The notes under the pieces were generated by a model. That model made no database searches and was not told the origin of the DNA. It saw nothing but the letters and a program-made list of their open reading frames with translations. The translations under genes were made by a program, and so were the position numbers. A stretch of DNA of 32,000 bases from Candidatus Kuenenia stuttgartensis (GTDB taxonomy: Bacteria > Planctomycetota > Brocadiia > Brocadiales > Brocadiaceae). Where the stretch lies: contig NZ_LT934425.1 in NCBI RefSeq assembly GCF_900232105.1, forward strand, positions 2,730,001 to 2,762,000. The letters run 5' to 3'. Position 1 is the first letter of the stretch, and each line of letters opens with the position of its first letter. Below, one piece after another: positions 1 to 7,959 of the stretch.

Positions 1-345
1 AATAGCGCCGGTATTTCTTTACAAATACCCTGTAAACAATGCTTCTTTGCCAAAGTGTTTTCAATTTTTTCATAAAACGTATTAACATTGAAATTCCTAA
101 ACGCTAACATAATTGAGAATAAAAACTTCATTTTAGAGAAGAAGTCTTGTACAAACAATGATAAACAGCATTTTCACCGTAACTATTCAGCGTAAATGAT
201 ACACAGATCTGTGGCACAGGCATCTTGCCTGTGCGAAACGCACCTAAAAATGCTGTTGCTTAATGGTGTTAGAATGATAAAATTCAACCTTTAATTCAAA
301 AGAATAAAATATCCATGACCTTCGGTCGCAAAGGAGTGAAATAAT

Positions 346-2049
346 ATGTCTACAGATAATCCTGCTTCCGGGATTGATTTTATAAGGGAAATTATTGCGG
401 AAGATATAAAAACGAATAAACACGGCGGTAGGGTGGTTACACGTTTTCCGCCGGAACCAAACGGATACCTGCACATCGGGCATGCAAAATCAATTTGTCT
501 TAACTTTGGTATTGCCCTGGAAAATAAAGGTGGTGTATGTCACCTGCGGTTTGATGATACAAACCCTTGCAAGGAGGAAATTGAATATGTTGAGTCAATT
601 AAAAACGATGTACATTGGTTGGGCTTTGACTGGGGAACGCATCTTTATTACACATCCGATTATTTTGAAAAGCTGTATGAGTATGCGGTACAGTTGATAC
701 GGCTAGGCAAGGCCTATGTATGTAGTTTAAGCGCTGACGAGATAAGAGAGCACCGCGGCACCTTGACTCAACCGGGAAAGGATAGCCCCTATCGCACACG
801 AACCATAGAAGAAAATCTTGATTTATTTACACGCATGCGCAACGGAGAGTTTGCGGATGGCGCTCAGGTGCTTCGCGCAAAAATTGATATGTCATCTCCC
901 AATTTAAACATGAGAGATCCTGCTATCTATCGCATCCGGCGTACAAAGCATCACAGGACCGGCGATACATGGTGTATTTATCCGATGTACGACTTTGCCC
1001 ACTGCCTTTCCGATTCCATTGAAGGGATCACGCATTCCATATGCACAACAGAATTTGAAAACCATCGCCCCCTGTATGATTGGATACTCGACACGTTAGG
1101 GGTGGAATGCCATCCGCAACAAATAGAGTTTGCACGCCTCAACCTCAGCTATACCGTGATGAGCAAGAGAAAATTACTTGAACTGGTAGAGGAAAAGCAG
1201 GTAAGTGGGTGGGACGACCCAAGAATGCCTACTATTTCAGGCATGCGAAGGAGGGGATATACACCGGAAGCAATACGCAATTTCTGCGAACGAATTGGAG
1301 TGGCAAAGAGAGAGAGCATGGTTGATATCGCACTGCTGGAACACTTTGTCCGCGAAGACCTTAATAAACATGCTCTCCGGGTAATGGCGGTATTGCGCCC
1401 GCTTAAGGTAGTCATTGTTAATTACCCCGAGGGTCATGTGGAAGAATTGGAGTGTATAAACAACCCGGAAGACCCAAATATGGGGACACGAAAGGCGCCT
1501 TTTTCCAGGGTTTTATATATAGAACAGGATGATTTCTGTGAAGAACCGCCCAAAAAATTCTTTCGCCTTGCCCCCGGGCGTGAAGTCCGTTTACGCTACG
1601 CCTATTTCATTACCTGTATAAAGGCAATAAAAGACGAAGTGACCGGCGAAATCAAAGAATTGCACTGCACCTATGATCAGGAAACACGGGGCGGTTCCGC
1701 ACCGGATGGCCGTAAAGTCAAGAGCACAATACATTGGGTTTCTGCCGAACATTCAATTGAAGCAGAAGTGCGTTTGTACGACCATTTATTCATAAAGGAA
1801 TCTCCATGCGGAGAAAAAGATGAAACTGATTTTAAAAAGTTTCTAAACCCAAATTCCCTGGAAATAATAGCTAAATGCCGTGTAGAACCTGGACTGGCAG
1901 ATGCTAAACCCGGGAGCCGTTACCAATTTGAGCGCATAGGTTATTTTTGCGTTGATGCAAAAGACACCGCCAGTAAAAAACCTGTTTTTAACAGAACGGC
2001 GCTACTGCGTGATACGTGGGCAAAGGAGCAAAAGGCCGAAGTAAAATGA
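346..2049 (+). CDS. glnS: Glutaminyl-tRNA synthetase
   Basis: 567-aa ORF with class I aaRS signatures ([23 protein letters not shown]; RFDDTNP; [11 protein letters not shown], a KMSKS-like loop) and GlnRS C-terminal barrel sequence; AAAGGAG ribosome-binding site upstream at about 331-337. Confidence 0.97.
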   Translation: MSTDNPASGIDFIREIIAEDIKTNKHGGRVVTRFPPEPNGYLHIGHAKSICLNFGIALENKGGVCHLRFDDTNPCKEEIEYVESIKNDVHWLGFDWGTHLYYTSDYFEKLYEYAVQLIRLGKAYVCSLSADEIREHRGTLTQPGKDSPYRTRTIEENLDLFTRMRNGEFADGAQVLRAKIDMSSPNLNMRDPAIYRIRRTKHHRTGDTWCIYPMYDFAHCLSDSIEGITHSICTTEFENHRPLYDWILDTLGVECHPQQIEFARLNLSYTVMSKRKLLELVEEKQVSGWDDPRMPTISGMRRRGYTPEAIRNFCERIGVAKRESMVDIALLEHFVREDLNKHALRVMAVLRPLKVVIVNYPEGHVEELECINNPEDPNMGTRKAPFSRVLYIEQDDFCEEPPKKFFRLAPGREVRLRYAYFITCIKAIKDEVTGEIKELHCTYDQETRGGSAPDGRKVKSTIHWVSAEHSIEAEVRLYDHLFIKESPCGEKDETDFKKFLNPNSLEIIAKCRVEPGLADAKPGSRYQFERIGYFCVDAKDTASKKPVFNRTALLRDTWAKEQKAEVK

Positions 2050-2205
2050 CAAAGACTAAAATGCGCAGACTCCAGGCGGGCTCAGGTTGCAAACATGAGG
2101 TTTGGGTTCACACCTTGATCAGTGATTATAAGTCGGAGTGTACGAGAGTAGCTACTATGAAATAAAGTAACACTTTAGTCTTTTGAAACTGGAAATTATC
2201 CTTTG

Positions 2206-2294
2206 TAGTGCGACGAGGTTCGTCGCACTATTTGAGTAGACCCTATTCCTTATCGCACAACTTTTTTTTTGGTGCGACGAACCTCGTCGCACTA
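2206..2294. repeat. Pair of palindromic 23-25-mers in inverted relation
   Basis: TAGTGCGACGAGGTTCGTCGCACTA (2206-2230) and GTGCGACGAACCTCGTCGCACTA (2272-2294). Each is a hairpin, and the second is the reverse complement of the first. Confidence 0.75.
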
Positions 2295-2298
2295 CATG

Positions 2299-2327
2299 GT
2301 AGAGACAGGTTTGAAACCTGTCTCTAC
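2299..2327. repeat. 29-nt palindrome
   Basis: GTAGAGACAGGTTTGAAACCTGTCTCTAC: 14-bp arms around a single central base; no U-tract follows. Confidence 0.75.
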
Positions 2328-2890
2328 TTAGATAGCTCAAATGAGGAACGAGCCGCAACCGTTTATACCAAATGCTCCACCCCTACACTACTATCCGGCA
2401 AGCAGCAGCACTATTATTGGAATTGTTCAAAAAACTAAAGTGTTATGAAATAAAAGATATTTAAAGAAGATGAAGCCAATAAACAATTATAAAAGGTAAA
2501 ATCACTAATCAAGGTGTGACCCTATTTTTCCAAAAGTACCCTCTTGCGGAATATCAAGGAAAATGTAATAATCCCCATTCCTTACAGACAATATACAAAA
2601 ATGACGGATTATCCATGATAAATTATTTGTTTTTGAAGAAAAAGCAATAATAGAATAAGAATGTGTAACTTTATATGGTGTTATCTATAAACTTAACAAT
2701 TACTTGTTATAGTGCGATAAAGAATTATACAAAAGCAGTCATCATGTTGCATTAGCAACACCCAGAAACGATGAAAATGGTTTTATAGCCATATCATATT
2801 GCGGTACATGTACTTAAGCTATTTTTTGTAGTCTTATTTTCGAGCCAGAATGATTATGAAACCCTCAATAAATGGATGTTATAGGGTCCT

Positions 2891-3277
2891 ATGAATGATA
2901 TTTTGGAAAAATTTGCATTTGCTCTTCTTGGAGCTTTTATTGGATATCTTGTGAGCAACCGACTCGCTATCGGAAGAGATAAAAGGAAAGAGTTTAATGA
3001 ATTGATTAATCCAATTCGTAGTGAACTCTTAGCTATTAGAAATAACCCTCGCTTCAATTTGACAGGATCCTATGGCATAACCCTATCTCTAATTTGCGAA
3101 CAGCTCCATTTTTGGAATAGACGTTCCTTTAAAAGGGCAATTGATAATTATGAGAAAAGTAAAGGTAGTGAAAACATTAAGTTAAATATAGATGGCATGG
3201 GTGGATGGGCTTACAAAGATACTGATTGGATTGTTCATGCTGCCAATGAACTCCTAAAGTATTTGAAGCCAAGGTAA
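2891..3277 (+). CDS. Small hypothetical protein with N-terminal TM segment, possible integron cassette gene
   Basis: 128-aa ORF with N-terminal hydrophobic stretch FAFALLGAFIGYLVSN; ends 12 nt before an attC-like structure. No recognised domain. Confidence 0.6.
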   Translation: MNDILEKFAFALLGAFIGYLVSNRLAIGRDKRKEFNELINPIRSELLAIRNNPRFNLTGSYGITLSLICEQLHFWNRRSFKRAIDNYEKSKGSENIKLNIDGMGGWAYKDTDWIVHAANELLKYLKPR

Positions 3278-3289
3278 TACGAAAAAGCA

Positions 3290-3417
3290 CTATAACCCGT
3301 CAGTTCAGGTAACAGCCAGGGCCGAGGCGTTTTTGTAGTTCGTTTTTATATTGAAATATTTTTGTTTTTATTGAGGTCAGTGGTAGCCCTGGCTGTTCCT
3401 GACTTCTATCGTTAGTC
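3290..3417 (+). other. attC-like recombination site (candidate A)
   Basis: R''-like CTATAAC (3290-3296); L'' AG(T)TCAGG with a potentially extrahelical T, pairing with L' CCTGACT (3398-3404); stem AACAGCCAGGGC (3311-3322) / GCCCTGGCTGTT (3385-3396 region); R' GTTAGTC (3411-3417), close to GTTRRRY. 128-bp span, just after an ORF stop. Confidence 0.5.
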
Positions 3418-3499
3418 GCGACACGATGTCGCATAATTGATTGTACTAAAAGAAGATTTTCTTCTTGAGTGTACTAAGCATGTTCCTGCTTATTCCTAC

Positions 3500-4218
3500 G
3501 TGAGCGTGCTACCATTGCGCTGACGACGGGGTGCGAAGCCTCACGGACAACGTACCGAATTGAGTCGAAATGGCGACAGGCAGACCCCTCCGGAAAACCT
3601 ATCCGGTTAAGGGCTAGGAACGAATGATATGATGAAAATATATGAATGTCCGCACGCATCGTCAATGAGCGACAGACCTACTAGGTTTAACAGGTCGAAG
3701 GTTATTCCCCAGTGAATAGCATGTTGGTAAAGTTGCAAGTCTCTAACGTGCTTGCACGGAACTGTAGAACCACCGGTGTCCAGGACGCATCTAAGTCATT
3801 TACAGGGTCAATTATACGGAACGTGGAAACTCAGACCTTCGCCCTATGGGCAGGCTAACCGTGAGGCATGCTGTTGGAGGACTGGGGGTGAGATGCCATA
3901 AGGAAGCGAATGCTTTTCTGTAATGGAAGAGATACCGGTTGAAATATTACCGGCTCAGTAATGAGGCTGATAGTTGGCAGGTGCCTTATTACGTGAACAT
4001 TGAATGAATCAGTTGAAAGAAGGGAACGCAAATGACGGGTGCTAAGCCTGGTGCCCCCTTCGTTTTTTTTGATATACTGACAGTCAGTTATTAACGTGAA
4101 GAAATTTATTAGCGGGTTTCTCCATAAGAGAAGCTTAAACAGGTGCTTGAGCTGTATGATGGGAAACTATCACGTACAGTTCTTAGGAGGGAATCGGGCA
4201 GCAATGCCCGTGACCTAT
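3500..4218 (+). mobile_element. ORF-less group II intron (5' boundary uncertain: GTGAG at 3500 or GTGCG at 3531)
   Basis: Strong domain V at 4149-4182 (GAGCTGTATGATGGGAAACTATCACGTACAGTTC, GAAA tetraloop, AGC triad), then a domain VI-like hairpin CGGGCAGCAATGCCCG with downstream A and a 3' AY end (...TGACCTAT). About 600 nt of upstream structured-looking non-coding sequence. No reverse transcriptase ORF. Confidence 0.85.
4149..4182 (+). ncRNA. Group II intron domain V hairpin
   Basis: GAGCTGTA / TACAGTTC lower stem, CG bulge, TGATGG-GAAA-CTATCA upper stem. Confidence 0.92.
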
Positions 4219-4241
4219 CCGGTACAAAAAGGAGAAATCAT

Positions 4242-4973
4242 ATGGCGATATCGAGACAAGCAATACTAATTGGATCCCCAAGCGTAAAACCGGAACTTCC
4301 TGGCGTGACCACTGATATGGGGAATATTAAACAGTTTTTATTGTCGAATAAGGGTGGGGCTTGGAGGGCAGACGAAATAGTAACCCTTTCAGATCCCAGT
4401 TCCGCCGCTGTGGATGCGCAAATCGAATCGGCTAGGTACAAAGATTATGTTTTTATTTCTTGCTCTGGGCATGGTGAGCATCGTGTCGGAAAAGGTCTTG
4501 ATGAAACGGTAATGTATGTAAAAGAAAATGAGACTGTTTCGATTAGCAGTATAAATCCTAGAAACAAACGTCACTTGGTCATAGTCGATGTGTGTCGAAA
4601 ATTAATTAGAGTCGAGACAATGGAAGAAACGAGAGCCGCAATGAAGGCATTTATGAAAAGTGCGGCCATACCCATAGATTATAGAAAAATATTCGATGAC
4701 GCAGTAATGGCTAACCCTGAAGGTCGTATTGTTGCATATTCATGTGATATCAACCAATCTGCTGGTGACGACGGCAGTGGCGGTGTTTTTACTCAAGAGT
4801 TGTTAGCTGCCCCGAAATATTTTTCGCCTACAAACAACAATCAATATGGCATTGTCAAAATAAATGCAGCTTTTGATCAGGCAAAAACAATGACATACGC
4901 AAAAAATGCACCTCAAAGCCCTGTATTTAATGCTGGGAGACGTATGGACTTTTACCCATTTGCTATTGTTTAA
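4242..4973 (+). CDS. Caspase-like (C14/metacaspase-like) peptidase
   Basis: 243 aa from ATG 4242 (RBS AAAAAGGAG at 4226-4234). His motif YKDYVFISCSGHGEHR and Cys motif HLVIVDVCRKL have the spacing and context of a caspase-fold His-Cys dyad; N-terminal QAILIGSPSV... like the first caspase strand. The longer track ORF (from 4143) runs back into intron domain V and is not used. Confidence 0.8.
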   Translation: MAISRQAILIGSPSVKPELPGVTTDMGNIKQFLLSNKGGAWRADEIVTLSDPSSAAVDAQIESARYKDYVFISCSGHGEHRVGKGLDETVMYVKENETVSISSINPRNKRHLVIVDVCRKLIRVETMEETRAAMKAFMKSAAIPIDYRKIFDDAVMANPEGRIVAYSCDINQSAGDDGSGGVFTQELLAAPKYFSPTNNNQYGIVKINAAFDQAKTMTYAKNAPQSPVFNAGRRMDFYPFAIV

Positions 4974-5480
4974 ACGGTGAGAAAATGATCACAGATTACA
5001 ACAAAGACAAATGGGGGCCACTTGAACTAAAACATCTAATTTTAGATACAGAGGAATTTATTGCCTTTATAGATCATCGTAATGATTTAGACTGGATAAC
5101 AAGTAAAGAGTTTGATGCAAAAGGCCCGCAATCTCCAGAGAAGCATCACGAAATATTAAATACGGTTGCATTGTTGGAATGCAAACCAATTGTTCATCTT
5201 TCCGAAAACAACCAGTTAAATTTTAAAAGATTATTAGGTGAGGCTTTGGCAAGGAGCCTAAAGCATGATTACAAAAAGGCTTCGAGTATACTCGTCCATG
5301 CTGAAAACTTCCTTATGGATAGAGGTAAGGAAATATCGCGTCAATGGTATTTAAACCGAGCAGGTATAACCTCACTAATCATATTTGCAGTTGGTGTTCT
5401 CTTTTGGGTTTTTCGTGATTTAAGCATAAAAGTCCTAGCGTGAGTTTATCACGAAATAAGGTGTAAGACAAAGACATCAA

Positions 5481-5520
5481 GTTGCAATCCAATGATTTGT
5501 ATCGGGTTGCGACTTTTTTT
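5481..5520 (+). terminator. Rho-independent terminator at the left end of the IS
   Basis: GTTGCAATCC-loop-GGGTTGCGAC: 10-bp stem counting G-U pairs, followed by CTTTTTTT-like tract; upstream of the transposase. Confidence 0.7.
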
Positions 5521-5636
5521 GTCTAAAAAATTATGTATACACTGAATAATACTATATTTATATTGCATTATATGCCTGTATATACTATTATACACGGAGT
5601 ATTAATCTATTACGTATACACTAACAACTAATAGCC

Positions 5637-7373
5637 ATGGCTACCATTCAATCTAAAAACTCCAGAGGTTATAAATATTGGTATATTGTCGAATCGCGGC
5701 GCGTTAACGGCAAGCCCAGGCCCATCGTCCTGGCCTATCTTGGCAAGGCAGACGATTTATTAAAACAACTGCAAGGTCTTACCGAAAAATTACGGCTCAA
5801 ATCTTATTCACATGGCGCGGTAGCCGCATTGCTAAGTGTGGCCAATGCCCTGGACGTCCCTTCCGTGATTAATAAATATATAAAGTCGCCACGGCAGTAT
5901 TGTGCTAAAAAACCTGTTCGAAATAATCTGACCGCCGGAAGTACCCTCTTGTTGGGTGCCGTGGGGAGAGTGTGTGTGCCTACCAGCAAAAGAGGATGGT
6001 GGGATTGGGCAAAGACGACTACTGCCGAATACTTACTCAGACACAGCTTGAGTAAAATAGACAGTCAGCATTTCTGGGATTTGATGGATGCACTTCCTGA
6101 AGAATCCATTGCAGAAATCGAGCGCGAATTAATTGAAAAGACATTTAAAACATACAACCTTCAAAGCGACACACTGTTTTTTGATACAACCAATTTTTTC
6201 ACGTATATCGACACAACTAATCTGCGATGCACTATTGCCCGGCGGGGGAAAAACAAACAAAAGCGATACGATCTCAGGCAGGTCGGGTTGGCGATGGTCG
6301 TTACACGTAACGACATGATACCGTTGTTTCACCATACCTATCAGGGGAACATGGCGGATGCAAAGGTGTTCAGCGCGGTTCTTGAGACGATAAAAGACAG
6401 GATGACCGGATTAGGTTTCGACAGCAAAAAGCACACTATTGTTTTTGATCGTGGAAACAATTCCATGGACAATATGGCTATTGTAGAGAGATTGGCATTG
6501 CATTACGTTGGAGCGCTTACACCGTATCATCACAAGCAGTTGGTAGGGGATGCCATGTGTAATTTCAGGGAATATGACGTTGACGGCAGTAAGATACAGG
6601 TGTACCATGACAAACGGGTTATTTGGGGGCAGGAAAGAACCGTTGTCGTATTTATTTCCGAGAAATTAAAGGTTGGGCAATTAAGGGGAATGTCTCAGTC
6701 TCTGGAAAAGGCAGAACATCAGTTAAAGCTCTTACAGCAGCATCTGTGTAATCCAAAGGGAAAGATGCGGGACAAAGAGGGTCTGGAGGATACGATAAGA
6801 AGTGTAGTGAAATGTCAATTTGCGAAGGATGTTATCGATTGGTCGTTAAAAGAGGTATCTGAAGGCAAGTTTCAATTGAATTTTTCAATCGACCAGAAAA
6901 AGCTCGAAGAAATAGAAGGGGAACTGGGGTTCAGGATTCTTATGACAGACCATCACGATTGGGATACCGCGGACATTATAAAAGCCTACTATGGGCAATC
7001 AAAAATTGAACATGCCTTTAGAAATCTCAAGAACCCCTATCACCTTGCTTTAAAACCGCAATTTCACTGGACGGATCAGAAAATCAGGGTGCATTTTTTT
7101 ATTTGCGTCCTCGGATACCTAATGGCGGCGATTGTGTGGTATCAGGCAAAAGCGCACGCACAATTTAGTGGAACGTTAGATACCCTGTTAGACACCCTTA
7201 ATAATATAAGGCTTTCTGCTATGCTTGAAGAAACAAAGGCCAGAGGGAGAGTTAAGGCTACCTACAAATTGGAAGAAATGTCCGACAAGGAATCTCTGTT
7301 GATGAATGCGTTAGGCATTATGGATTTCCACAAACATCGGCTGAAACTTCAAGGACTCAGTGTATACAATTGA
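5637..7373 (+). CDS. IS1634-family-like transposase
   Basis: 578 aa; N-terminus RGYKYWYIVESRRVNGKPRPIVLAYLGK, FFDTTNFF..., IVFDRGNNSMDN, and a DDE-type C-terminal region YYGQSKIEHAFRNLKNP...RIRVHFFICVLGYL (YREK-like context). Confidence 0.92.
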   Translation: MATIQSKNSRGYKYWYIVESRRVNGKPRPIVLAYLGKADDLLKQLQGLTEKLRLKSYSHGAVAALLSVANALDVPSVINKYIKSPRQYCAKKPVRNNLTAGSTLLLGAVGRVCVPTSKRGWWDWAKTTTAEYLLRHSLSKIDSQHFWDLMDALPEESIAEIERELIEKTFKTYNLQSDTLFFDTTNFFTYIDTTNLRCTIARRGKNKQKRYDLRQVGLAMVVTRNDMIPLFHHTYQGNMADAKVFSAVLETIKDRMTGLGFDSKKHTIVFDRGNNSMDNMAIVERLALHYVGALTPYHHKQLVGDAMCNFREYDVDGSKIQVYHDKRVIWGQERTVVVFISEKLKVGQLRGMSQSLEKAEHQLKLLQQHLCNPKGKMRDKEGLEDTIRSVVKCQFAKDVIDWSLKEVSEGKFQLNFSIDQKKLEEIEGELGFRILMTDHHDWDTADIIKAYYGQSKIEHAFRNLKNPYHLALKPQFHWTDQKIRVHFFICVLGYLMAAIVWYQAKAHAQFSGTLDTLLDTLNNIRLSAMLEETKARGRVKATYKLEEMSDKESLLMNALGIMDFHKHRLKLQGLSVYN

Positions 7374-7769
7374 TGTTGTGCTTAACGCATTGACTGTATT
7401 TATGTTACGTTGCTTCATGCCTTATTTTGTGATAAACTCACGCTAGGAGAATCCGCATTTATTATCAGTCTTGCAATGGTTTCTGGCGGGCTAGGGGCAT
7501 TTTTATCAATTATTTTCCGAATGGGAAAAGAATCCATAGATTGTCTTGCAGGGAAAAAGCTCCATGAACTCGAAAGCATGTATCGGATAATAGCTGGAAT
7601 GTTATCGGCCCTTTTGGCCTCATTGCTTGTGCGATCTGAAATGTTTTTGCCTGCTTTTTCTAAAATGAATCATATTGAATTGTCAATAATTGCTATAGGT
7701 TTCATCGCTGGTATGAGTGAAAGATTTGCTCCTTCAATACTATCAAAATTAGAAAAGAATAAAAAAATT

Positions 7770-7814
7770 GTATAACAATGCTAATTAACGCGCCGGTTAT
7801 TGGCAGCGTTATAC
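7770..7814 (+). other. attC-like recombination site (candidate B, short)
   Basis: GTATAAC (7770-7776) and GTTATAC (7808-7814) fully complementary; inner arms GCTAATTAAC (7780-7789) / GTTATTGGC (7796-7804) pair with one extra T and one G-U; overlaps the TAA stop of the membrane gene. Only 45 nt. Confidence 0.45.
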
Positions 7815-7959
7815 ATTAATTAAGGTTGAAAAAGAAGGAATGTGTCATAATGAAAAGAGCTCGGCAAATCCCTATATTCGCTAATTGAATTGCCCGGCTT
7901 TAAAATACAGTCCATGGCCTTGGAAGAGAGAAACAAGAAGGATTGAAAGGTGAATGTGA

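Larger units (their letters stand above)
2108..2519. repeat. Putative non-autonomous TIR element (copy 1)
   Basis: Ends are near-perfect inverted repeats: TCACACCTTGATCAGTGATT (2108-2127) versus AATCACTAATCAAGGTGTGA (2500-2519). Both termini recur at 18559-18797 with a different interior. No transposase inside. Confidence 0.6.
5439..7442 (+). mobile_element. IS1634-family-like (IS4 superfamily) insertion sequence
   Basis: TIRs CGTGAGTTTATCACGAAATAAGG (left) and CCTTATTTTGTGATAAACTCACG (right); CTAG directly repeated at 5435-5438 and 7443-7446; one full-length transposase ORF inside. Confidence 0.9.
4985..7775 (+). pseudogene. Multi-TM membrane protein (caspase partner), interrupted by an IS
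   Basis: 5' part 4985-5438 and 3' part 7447-7775. Excising 5439-7446 joins ...DLSIKVL-G-ESAFIISLAMVSGGLGAFLS... in one frame (260 aa): about 130-aa soluble N-terminus plus about four hydrophobic segments. Confidence 0.88.

Noticed and set aside
1-345. Small ORFs upstream of glnS
   Set aside because: Short, overlap glnS or have no domain evidence; a partial gene at the window edge cannot be supported.
2206-2327. CRISPR array
   Set aside because: The repeats are palindromic and inverted with no regular direct-repeat/spacer periodicity.
3474-4220. Possible reverse transcriptase, retron or DGR in the structured non-coding stretch
   Set aside because: No RT ORF in any frame here; the structure fits a ribozyme-only group II intron.
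4143-4241. N-terminal extension of the caspase ORF (MLELYDGKLSRTVLRRESGSNARDLSGTKRRNH)
   Set aside because: It translates intron domains V and VI; the ATG at 4242 has a good RBS and starts the conserved caspase strand.
7410-7775. Independent small membrane-protein gene starting at 7410
   Set aside because: The first 12 codons lie in the IS right end; the rest joins in frame with the 4985 ORF once the IS is removed.
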